The notes under the pieces are model-generated. The model was not told the DNA's origin. It did not search any database and saw only the letters and a list, made by a program, of their open reading frames with translations. Made by a program: the position numbers and the translations under genes. From NCBI GenBank assembly GCA_013287965.1, contig JABDCU010000007.1, positions 440 through 64,439 on the forward strand: DNA of 64,000 bases. Direction: 5' to 3'. Within the stretch, counting starts at the first letter, position 1. Every line of letters begins with the position of its first letter. This document shows, piece by piece, positions 21,405 through 28,606 of the stretch. The stretch is from Candidatus Omnitrophota bacterium (GTDB lineage: Bacteria; Omnitrophota; Gorgyraeia; Zapsychrales; Fredricksoniimonadaceae).

Positions 21405-21572
21405 TCAATATTCTCCGCCTAAATCTTCTTTCATTGTGATGGGTTTTTTCCCAGTAAGATCAGCGGTAGTTTGTCCCAATGCTCTAATTTCACCGTTTGG
21501 AAGGATTTGTATGGGCGTTTCTTCTTCGCTGTTCAATAAAGCCTGTAATTCTTGGATCGTTGGTTTTGCCAT
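21405..21572 (-). CDS. 55-aa protein ending ...EDLGGEY (candidate conjugated tag)
   Basis: GGAGG lies 5 nt upstream of the ATG at 21572. It is the first gene of the operon. A diglycine sits 2 residues from the C-terminus. Confidence 0.5.
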   Translation of the reverse strand: MAKPTIQELQALLNSEEETPIQILPNGEIRALGQTTADLTGKKPITMKEDLGGEY

Positions 21573-21603
21573 AATAACCTCCTGTTCATTGATACAATTG
21601 CAC

Positions 21604-21634
21604 ATACTATGACGATTGAATCGTTTTTTGTCAA
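21604..21634 (-). promoter_or_regulatory. Candidate promoter plus palindromic operator for the island operon
   Basis: On the minus strand: TTGACA (21629-21634), the 13-bp palindrome ACGATTGAATCGT (21612-21624) in the spacer, then CATAGT/TAGTAT (21604-21611). Confidence 0.3.
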
Positions 21635-21821
21635 GGATTTTTTTCTCAAACGAGCTTAGTCCAATTTAAAAGACCAAATTTTAACCCCCGCTCCGAGAAG
21701 GCTACAGTAGAAGACCTACACAAAATCTTCAAAAGTCTGCAAAGTTTGACCCTCCCCCAGTGTCAATCTAGTGTCAAACCACACACAGATCAGCACTAAA
21801 TAGCAGTAATCAAGCATACAC

Positions 21822-21848
21822 AAAAAAACCTTCTCATCGACGAGAAGG
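21822..21848 (-). terminator. Rho-independent terminator just inside the right island end
   Basis: CCTTCTC-N6-GAGAAGG stem followed by T7 on the minus strand. Confidence 0.55.
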
Positions 21849-21895
21849 TATGTAATTTAATGAATTTGAATTAGTTATGAAATGTACTTAGGACA

Positions 21896-21955
21896 CGTCC
21901 CGAACGAAGCGCGCTAGCCAACTGCGCTACTTCCCGAAAGCTGCCTAAATCTTAA
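21896..21955. repeat. Right 60-bp direct repeat (partial tRNA-Pro 5' half plus flank)
   Basis: Identical to 15196..15255. There is no tRNA 3' half next to it. Confidence 0.9.
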
Positions 21956-21969
21956 AAATAAATCAAAAG

Positions 21970-22329
21970 CTACACAGGTATCAAAGATTCAAAAGGAATG
22001 TTCAATTTATCATGCAAATTGCGGATCATTTTTAAACTTAGATTCCGTTTTCTATGAAAAATTTCAGAAACCCTGTTGCCTCCCCCAAGAATACCGGCTA
22101 TATCGGACTTTTCAAGCCCCATCTGCCCCATACGGAATTTGATGGCTTCGATTGGATCCGGAGGCAGCATAGAATAGTGTTTATTTTCATAAGCTTCAAC
22201 CAGAGTAACAAGGATGTCGAGCACGTCCCCTTGCGCAGTACCCAATTTAGCGTCCCATAAACGGTCAATTAAATCCAAAGCTTTGTCATGATCCTCTTTT
22301 GAATAGATCGGTTGGATTTTAATTCTCAT
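21970..22329 (-). CDS. HigA-like HTH antitoxin / XRE-family regulator
   Basis: C-terminal HTH (KSDIAGILGGGNRVSEIFHRKRNLSLKMIRNLHDKL) and an N-terminal helical domain typical of COG5499-type antitoxins. The start at 22329 follows a GGAG. Confidence 0.65.
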   Translation of the reverse strand: MRIKIQPIYSKEDHDKALDLIDRLWDAKLGTAQGDVLDILVTLVEAYENKHYSMLPPDPIEAIKFRMGQMGLEKSDIAGILGGGNRVSEIFHRKRNLSLKMIRNLHDKLNIPFESLIPV

Positions 22330-22376
22330 GATCATATCTCCTTTGCATCCACAAATTCCCATTTTGGGAAGTTTTT

Positions 22377-22811
22377 TTAGGATTCCTTGATCCCAAATCC
22401 AATTTCCGCTTCAGCCATGAGCTTGTCGCCTACCATCGCCTTAGCTTTGACAAAGCCGGCTCTAGGCAATAGTTTGACTGAAGTCACCTCGATGATCAGC
22501 TGATCGCCGGGCACCACCGGATGATGAAAACGCGCCTCGGTCTTGGCCAAATAATAGATCAGGCTCTTGCCCTGCAAACTCTTGCTGTAATAAAAATAAA
22601 TACAGCCTGCCTGGGCCATGGCTTCGATGATCAAAACCCCGGGCATTACTTGGTTCTGGGGAAAATGCCCCAGGAAATAATGCTCATTGACCGACACATT
22701 CTTCACAGCCACCAGCTTCTCATTGGGCTTGCACTCCAGAACGCGGTCGATCATTAAAAAAGGGAAACGATGAGGAATAATTTTCTGGATGTCGGTAATT
22801 TCTAATCTCAT
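22377..22811 (-). CDS. fabZ: 3-hydroxyacyl-ACP dehydratase
   Basis: IPHRFPFLMIDRV and HFPQNQVMPGVLIIEAMAQ motifs. Confidence 0.9.
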   Translation of the reverse strand: MRLEITDIQKIIPHRFPFLMIDRVLECKPNEKLVAVKNVSVNEHYFLGHFPQNQVMPGVLIIEAMAQAGCIYFYYSKSLQGKSLIYYLAKTEARFHHPVVPGDQLIIEVTSVKLLPRAGFVKAKAMVGDKLMAEAEIGFGIKES

Positions 22812-23392
22812 AAGGTCTCCTTGTAGAGATACTTTGCTAAAATATCCGTTTCAATATTGACGCGATCCCCTGCTTTTTTAAAACCTAAAGTTGTGATCTT
22901 GAGCGTATAGGGTATCAAATAGACCTCAACATAACCTTTGCCCACCTTGCCGATGGTAAGGCTGATACCATCGATGCTGACTGAACCTTTAGGCACAAAA
23001 TATTTATGGTTGGCACGACTTACGCTAAGACGCAGCGCCACCCAGTTCTTTTCTTTGGCAATGTGTTTAATGACCGCCACCTCATCCACATGCCCGGTCA
23101 CAAAATGCCCTCCCAAACGGCTGCCTGCCTGTAAAGCCAGCTCCAAATTCACTTTATCCCCAACGCCCAAAGACCGCAAAGAGGTTTTCTCAATAGTCTC
23201 TTTCATCAGGTCAAAACCAACAACCCCGCCCTTTTTAGAAGATGCCGTCAGGCAAACACCGCTGACAGACACGCTGTCGCCTAAGTGGACTTTTTTAGCC
23301 AGCGGCCCCAGATCAATGCTAAAAACCAATAGGTTCTTTTTGGCCTCGATCTTCTTGATGGTGCCTATGTGTGCAATAATGCCTGTGAACAT
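22808..23392 (-). CDS. ribE: Riboflavin synthase (alpha chain)
   Basis: MFTGII... with duplicated lumazine-binding repeats (GDSVSVSGVCLT / GSVSIDGISLT). Confidence 0.9.
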   Translation of the reverse strand: MFTGIIAHIGTIKKIEAKKNLLVFSIDLGPLAKKVHLGDSVSVSGVCLTASSKKGGVVGFDLMKETIEKTSLRSLGVGDKVNLELALQAGSRLGGHFVTGHVDEVAVIKHIAKEKNWVALRLSVSRANHKYFVPKGSVSIDGISLTIGKVGKGYVEVYLIPYTLKITTLGFKKAGDRVNIETDILAKYLYKETL

Positions 23393-24420
23393 TATTTTCT
23401 AGGATACCCCTGTATTAAAATATCTTCGCCTATTTTATCAAAACTCATCTCTTTTAAGTGGACCATTTGCTTCAAAGTCTTGGATTTAAGCCCGCGCACG
23501 CTTACCAGGCCTTCACCCATGATCTTGGGCGCGGTATAGATCATCATTTTGTCGACCAGGCCCCGCCGCAAAGCTTCACCCACCACTGCCCCGCCGCCTT
23601 CAATAAGCACGCTGGTTATTTCTTTTTCACCCAAAAACTTTAAGACCCATTTTAAATCAATTTTGCCTTTGTATAAAGGGGCGGACTTGGCAGTAAACAC
23701 AAAAATATCTTCAGGTCTCGTGCCCGCCAACAACTTAGAACGAGCAGGCATTTTGCCATGCGTATCTAAAATTATTTTCTTAATGCGTTTGGCCGGAAGC
23801 GTTCTTAACTGAGGGTCATCTTTGATCACCGTATTGATCCCAACCATAATGGCGTCAAAACCAAACCTCAAACGATGCGCGTAGTCCCGCGCGAAACTTG
23901 AGGTGATCCACTTGGATTCACCTGCCATGGTCGCAATTTTCCCGTCAAGCGTTTGGGCAATTTTAGCGGTCACAAAAGGACGGCCCGTGGTGATCCAGCA
24001 ATTAAAAGCTTCATTCATATGCGTTAATTCATCAGCCAGCAACCCTTGTTCTACTTGAACACCCTGCTGTTTTAAAAACTTTAATGATTTACCATTATTA
24101 AGCTTATTGGGATCCAAGGCCCCGACGATCACCTTTTTGATCCCGGCCTTTACGATCTCCTGCGTGCATGGCGGCGTGCGCCCCGTATGGCCACACGGCT
24201 CTAAAGTAACATACAAATCACTGCCACGGGCCTTGACGCCTGCTTTTTTCAAAGCGTCAACTTCCGCATGATCGCCGCCGCAATAATGATGGTAGCCTTC
24301 AGCAATGATCTTGCCGTTCTTGACGATCACAGCACCCACCATGGGGTTAGGTGAAGTCCTGCCCCATCCCTGCAAGGCCAATTCCCAGGCGCGGTTCATA
24401 TATTTAAAATCATTTTCCAT
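23392..24420 (-). CDS. ribD: Bifunctional riboflavin biosynthesis deaminase/reductase
   Basis: HAEVDAL...PCGHTGRTPPC deaminase zinc motif plus a C-terminal reductase domain. I trimmed the start to the ATG at 24420; the track ORF overlaps the PHP gene by a further 135 nt. Confidence 0.9.
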   Translation of the reverse strand: MENDFKYMNRAWELALQGWGRTSPNPMVGAVIVKNGKIIAEGYHHYCGGDHAEVDALKKAGVKARGSDLYVTLEPCGHTGRTPPCTQEIVKAGIKKVIVGALDPNKLNNGKSLKFLKQQGVQVEQGLLADELTHMNEAFNCWITTGRPFVTAKIAQTLDGKIATMAGESKWITSSFARDYAHRLRFGFDAIMVGINTVIKDDPQLRTLPAKRIKKIILDTHGKMPARSKLLAGTRPEDIFVFTAKSAPLYKGKIDLKWVLKFLGEKEITSVLIEGGGAVVGEALRRGLVDKMMIYTAPKIMGEGLVSVRGLKSKTLKQMVHLKEMSFDKIGEDILIQGYPRK

Positions 24421-25255
24421 TTTTAGCCCTGCGCAGCTGTTCAACGACTTCCATCGGCACGGTCCTTTTGCCGACATAGGTAAAGGATTTTGCCTTGCCG
24501 TGGGCATCAGAGCCGCCGGTGGCGATGAGATTGTTTTTCTTGGCAATGCGCTCATAAAATTCAGTGACGGTGTTCATGGAATTCGGATAATAGACTTCCA
24601 AACCCTTTAAACCAGCCTTGGCAAAACGGGGGATCAATTCATCCTTTTGGGTCAGCATCGGATGCGCCATCACCGCTACACCGCCGGAACTTCGGATCAG
24701 CTCAATGGCTTCAAAAGGTGTTTGCTTGTACTTATGGGCATAGCCCGGGCATCCGGGTCCGATATATTTTTCAAAGGCCGCCTTGAAATTAGGCACCCAC
24801 CCTTTTTGCTGCAGCAGCGTCGCTAAATGCGCCCTGCCCACAGCCCTGGATTGTGTTAAAGCAGAGACTTCTTCAAATTCAATATTATTAACGCCCACCG
24901 CTTTAAGGTTCACTAACATTTGTTTCATGCGCTCCACGCGCGCGTCCAAAAGAACATTGATCTTCTCCAAAAGCGGGCCCTGCAGATGATCAACGAAATA
25001 ACCCAAGATGTGGATGTCACAATTCTCAAATTCCGACGATAATTCAATGCCCGGCACCACTTCAAGGACATGGGGACGGGCGGCTTCTATGGTGGGGGCA
25101 ACACCTTCGACAATATCATGGTCAGTGATGGCAATACAGGAAAGTCCGGCCTTAAGAGCATCGTCAACGACTTCCTGCGGGGACGAGGTGCTGTCGGAAA
25201 AATATGTATGGATGTGCAGGTCTGCGCTGGGAGCCATGAAAGGCCTTTGGGTCAA
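24410..25255 (-). CDS. PHP-domain phosphoesterase
   Basis: [16 protein letters not shown] and GGSDAHG motifs. Confidence 0.75.
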   Translation of the reverse strand: MTQRPFMAPSADLHIHTYFSDSTSSPQEVVDDALKAGLSCIAITDHDIVEGVAPTIEAARPHVLEVVPGIELSSEFENCDIHILGYFVDHLQGPLLEKINVLLDARVERMKQMLVNLKAVGVNNIEFEEVSALTQSRAVGRAHLATLLQQKGWVPNFKAAFEKYIGPGCPGYAHKYKQTPFEAIELIRSSGGVAVMAHPMLTQKDELIPRFAKAGLKGLEVYYPNSMNTVTEFYERIAKKNNLIATGGSDAHGKAKSFTYVGKRTVPMEVVEQLRRAKNGK

Positions 25256-25674
25256 TTTTGCGGCTCGACGATCTCTTTTTTGTGGATCTTATCAAGGATG
25301 CCGTTGACGAATTTACTGGATTCCAGGTCACCGTATTTTTTGGCTAATTCCACCGCTTCATTAATGGCCACTTTCGGGGGAATGTCTGTGGTGTGCTGTA
25401 ATTCATAAAGTCCGATGCGCATGACATTGCGGTCAATGATGGCCATGCGTTTGATCTGCCAATTAGTGGCATAATCAGAGATCTTATTGTCGATGTCCGT
25501 GATAACGCCAACGACACCCTGACTCAAAAGATTGGCATAGGTGATGATCTCCTGGTCCTTGGTCTCTTCGGCATTCCAGTAAGATTCCACCACCGCTTCC
25601 ATCGGACGCTTGGTGATATCAAACTGGTACAGGATCTTTAAGGCGTGTTCGCGTGCGAGCGTGCGGCGTCTCAT
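25252..25674 (-). CDS. nusB: Transcription antitermination factor NusB
   Basis: [18 protein letters not shown] and a ~140-aa all-helical layout, next to ribH as in many bacteria. Confidence 0.9.
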   Translation of the reverse strand: MRRRTLAREHALKILYQFDITKRPMEAVVESYWNAEETKDQEIITYANLLSQGVVGVITDIDNKISDYATNWQIKRMAIIDRNVMRIGLYELQHTTDIPPKVAINEAVELAKKYGDLESSKFVNGILDKIHKKEIVEPQN

Positions 25675-26105
25675 ATGTGCTTTAAAAGAGCTATCATCTC
25701 CAAAACAGCGCGGGCGCAGTCGCGGCCTTTATTGTCACTGCCTTTTCCCCCGGCGCGCGCCTGGGCCTGTGCCACGGTTTCCGTCGTCAAGACCCCCATG
25801 ATCACGGGCTTGCCCGTCATAAGGCTGACTTGCATAATACCGCGGGCGCATTCATTGGCAACTATTTCAAAATGATAGGTTTCTCCCCGAATGACCGCGC
25901 CAAGGCAAATAACAGCATCAATATTTTTTCTTTTAGCAAGCTTCAGGGCAGCGACGGGAATTTCAAAGGAGCCGGGCACCCAGACAGTGGTGATCTGGCC
26001 TTGCTGCAAACCCTGGCGCTGCAATTCCGCCAAACAAGCCTTGAGCAATCCCTTAGTGATGTAATCATTGAAACTTGAGGCCACAATGGCGATGCGGGCT
26101 TTCAT
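25671..26105 (-). CDS. ribH: 6,7-dimethyl-8-ribityllumazine synthase
   Basis: [10 protein letters not shown]...[12 protein letters not shown] motif. Confidence 0.9.
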   Translation of the reverse strand: MKARIAIVASSFNDYITKGLLKACLAELQRQGLQQGQITTVWVPGSFEIPVAALKLAKRKNIDAVICLGAVIRGETYHFEIVANECARGIMQVSLMTGKPVIMGVLTTETVAQAQARAGGKGSDNKGRDCARAVLEMIALLKHI

Positions 26106-26109
26106 AGGA

Positions 26110-27324
26110 CTAGAGGATGTGGCCTAATTTATCTTTTTTTGTTTTCAAATAACTCTCGTTGACGGGATTATGCGGGATCTTGATCGGCACCCGCTCAGTG
26201 ACGGAAAGGCCATAGCCCTCAAGCCCCACGATTTTACGGGGATTATTGGTCAGTAAACGGATCTGCTTGACCCCTAAGTCCACCAGGATCTGCGCGCCGA
26301 TGCCGTAGTCACGCAGGTCCGCGGCAAATCCCAGCGCCTGATTGGCTTCGACGGTATCCATGCCGTCATCCTGCAGATTATAGGCTTTAAGCTTATTGAC
26401 CAAACCAATGCCGCGGCCTTCATGCTGGCGGATATAAAGCACTACACCTTGGCCTGCGTCATTGATGGTTTTCATCGCGGCTTTCAGCTGGCTGTTGCAG
26501 TCACAGCGCAATGACCCAAACACGTCCCCGGTCAAACATTCTGACTGGGCCCTCACCAAAACCGGCCGGGTGCCGTCAATTTTACCTTTGACCATGGCCA
26601 CGTGAATGACATTGTCCACCAAAGACTCATAAGCCACCATCTTGAACTCACCATATTCCGTCGGCAACACCGCTTCTTCAACACGCTGGACCAATTTTTC
26701 AGTCTTGCGGCGATGCTCGATCAAGCTGTCAATGGTGCAAATTTTTAATTTATGTTTTTGGGCAAATTTGATCAAATCCTGCGTACGGGCCATGGTGCCG
26801 TCATCATTCATGATCTCACAGATAACACCGGCCGGATAAAGCTCAGCCAGGCGCATCAGGTCAACAGAAGCCTCGGTATGGCCGGCACGCACCAAAACCC
26901 CTCCCCGACGGGCACGCAACGGAAATAAGTGCCCGGGCGTGACCAGGTCGCTCGCTGCTGATTTTGGATCGATCAGGACATTCACTGTTTTCGCGCGGTC
27001 TGCCGCTGAAATACCGGTGGTGACCCCATAAGCCGCGTCCACGGACACTGTCCAGGCCGTGTTGCAGCGCTGGTGCTTGGAATTCGTATCTTCTTTCATC
27101 GGGTGCAGGTCCAGGTCATTGAGCCGGCCGTCTTCCATAGGCACGCAAATAAGCCCGCGGGCTTCTCTCGCCATGAAATTAATGGCATCCGCATTGATAA
27201 ATTGGGCGGCAATAAGGACATCGCCTTCATTCTCACGGCCTTCATCGTCCATGACAATGACCATGCGCCCGGCCCGTAGATCTTGTATGACTTCTGCAAT
27301 AGAATTAAACATGATTTTCTCCAA
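26110..27324 (-). CDS. ribBA: Bifunctional DHBP synthase / GTP cyclohydrolase II
   Basis: [10 protein letters not shown] (RibB) and the Cys cluster [14 protein letters not shown] (RibA). An alternative start at 27312 is preceded by GGAG. Confidence 0.9.
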   Translation of the reverse strand: MEKIMFNSIAEVIQDLRAGRMVIVMDDEGRENEGDVLIAAQFINADAINFMAREARGLICVPMEDGRLNDLDLHPMKEDTNSKHQRCNTAWTVSVDAAYGVTTGISAADRAKTVNVLIDPKSAASDLVTPGHLFPLRARRGGVLVRAGHTEASVDLMRLAELYPAGVICEIMNDDGTMARTQDLIKFAQKHKLKICTIDSLIEHRRKTEKLVQRVEEAVLPTEYGEFKMVAYESLVDNVIHVAMVKGKIDGTRPVLVRAQSECLTGDVFGSLRCDCNSQLKAAMKTINDAGQGVVLYIRQHEGRGIGLVNKLKAYNLQDDGMDTVEANQALGFAADLRDYGIGAQILVDLGVKQIRLLTNNPRKIVGLEGYGLSVTERVPIKIPHNPVNESYLKTKKDKLGHIL

Positions 27325-27356
27325 AGTAAGGTACTTTACTTAATAAGTATCCGCAA

Positions 27357-27385
27357 AGTATATGCCCAAAAATAGGCCTTGTCAA
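27357..27385 (-). promoter_or_regulatory. Candidate sigma70-type promoter for ribBA
   Basis: On the minus strand: TTGACA (27380-27385), a 17-nt spacer, then TATACT (27357-27362). Confidence 0.4.
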
Positions 27386-27407
27386 TTGAATTCCCCGTCC
27401 CTATAAT
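27379..27407 (+). promoter_or_regulatory. Candidate sigma70-type promoter for the pncC-like gene
   Basis: TTGTCA (27379-27384), a 17-nt spacer, then TATAAT (27402-27407). Its -35 overlaps the divergent -35. Confidence 0.4.
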
Positions 27408-27444
27408 GCTTTTTAATTCTTCTAACCCCAGTATTATTAATAGT

Positions 27445-27903
27445 ATGCAACCCGAACAAAAAGTCTTTAAAAAATTCACCCAAAGCGCCCAAACATTGGC
27501 CATTGCTGAGTCCTGCACAGGCGGCCTTATAAGCGACCGTTTGACCAATATCGCAGGCGCGTCAGCCTTCTTTTTATTGGGGATCATCGCCTATGATAAT
27601 GCGGCCAAGACTAAGATCTTAGGCGTTCCCTCTGCCCTGCTTAAAAAACATGGTGCTGTCAGCGCGCCGGCGGCTTCTGCCATGGCCCAGGGTGTCCGTA
27701 AAATACTTAAAACAGATTATGGCCTAAGCGTAACCGGCATCGCCGGCCCCACCGGTGCCAGCAAAAGCAAACCCGTAGGTTTGGTATTTATCGCGCTGAG
27801 CACGCGCTCCAAAACCATCGTTAAAAGATTCCTCTTTAAAGGCACCCGCCTTGCCGTCAAGACCCAAGCCTGCCAGACAGCCCTAAAAATGCTGGCTAAG
27901 TAA
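27445..27903 (+). CDS. pncC: CinA C-terminal domain / nicotinamide-nucleotide amidohydrolase
   Basis: LAIAESCTGGLISDRLTNIAGAS and GIAGPTG motifs. I trimmed the start to MQPEQ. Confidence 0.8.
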   Translation: MQPEQKVFKKFTQSAQTLAIAESCTGGLISDRLTNIAGASAFFLLGIIAYDNAAKTKILGVPSALLKKHGAVSAPAASAMAQGVRKILKTDYGLSVTGIAGPTGASKSKPVGLVFIALSTRSKTIVKRFLFKGTRLAVKTQACQTALKMLAK

Positions 27904-27928
27904 GCCCTTTTCGGTATAATATCCACCT

Positions 27929-28603
27929 ATGGATCTTATTCACCGGCTTGAACGCTCCTTTAAACCACGCTTTGCCGTCATTTATCCCTTTGGTTTCTTC
28001 GTCATATTCTTCTGCTCTTTAAACGACGCTTCCATCAGGGCAGGCATCGGCTATATCATCGCAGGTACGCTCATCCGGCTGTGGTCCAACGGCTATGCCA
28101 TCAAAAATGACAAATTGACCACCTCAGGCCCTTATGCCTTTGTACGCAATCCGCTATACTTGGGCACCTTTCTCATCGCCATTGGCTTTGTTATTATCTT
28201 GAAAAGCCAACCGCCCTATTTAGAATGGCTCGCGGGCGGCATATTTTTATTGGCCTTAAGTTTTATGTATTACCGTACCATCAAGGGTGAGCAAGGCATG
28301 CTGTTGGCAAAATATAAGGATGCTTACAGTGATTATTGCAAACAAGTGCCTGCCATGGTCCCTTGCCTCATCCCCTACAGCAAAGGCGAAAAATGGCCTT
28401 TTAAACTGCAACGGCTCATCAACAGCAAGGAACACAAAACTGTATTTTGGATCTTTATACTGCTGGTGGTTTTCTACCTCAAAACCCGATTGTTCCTCGA
28501 ACATAAACCCATGACCGAAATGTCATGGACCTTGTCAGGCATGGCCATCACGCTCATCCTGCTCGATGTTGCTTACGAAATTAACAAGAAGAAATTTAAA
28601 TAA
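27929..28603 (+). CDS. ICMT/PEMT-family membrane methyltransferase
   Basis: Polytopic protein with GPYAFVRNPLYLG, typical of isoprenylcysteine carboxyl / phospholipid methyltransferases. Confidence 0.7.
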   Translation: MDLIHRLERSFKPRFAVIYPFGFFVIFFCSLNDASIRAGIGYIIAGTLIRLWSNGYAIKNDKLTTSGPYAFVRNPLYLGTFLIAIGFVIILKSQPPYLEWLAGGIFLLALSFMYYRTIKGEQGMLLAKYKDAYSDYCKQVPAMVPCLIPYSKGEKWPFKLQRLINSKEHKTVFWIFILLVVFYLKTRLFLEHKPMTEMSWTLSGMAITLILLDVAYEINKKKFK

Positions 28604-28606
28604 TTT

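Larger units (their letters stand above)
15196..21955. mobile_element. tRNA-Pro-associated genomic island (about 6.7 kb); no integrase detected
   Basis: Perfect 60-bp direct repeats at both ends. The interior looks AT-richer than the flanks by eye. The cargo consists of accessory genes. Confidence 0.65.

Noticed and set aside
16034-21572. Type II CBASS (Cap2/Cap3 with a patatin effector).
   Set aside because: There is no CD-NTase/SMODS-like ORF in or near the operon. E1 and E2 are separate proteins rather than a Cap2 fusion. No cyclic-nucleotide-sensing domain (SAVED or STING-like) is recognisable on the patatin protein.
23392-24555. N-terminally extended track ORFs: ribD to 24555, YccA-like to 46059, TPR to 43255, secreted protein to 54614, acyP to 15187, JAB to 19678.
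   Set aside because: The extensions overlap upstream genes by 100-200 nt, are Arg/Pro/Cys-rich, and internal ATGs with an RBS match the expected family N-termini. I trimmed the starts accordingly.
27325-27444. An FMN riboswitch upstream of ribBA.
   Set aside because: The available leader is far shorter than the ~130-nt aptamer and lacks its conserved core. The region is better explained by two divergent promoters with overlapping -35 hexamers.
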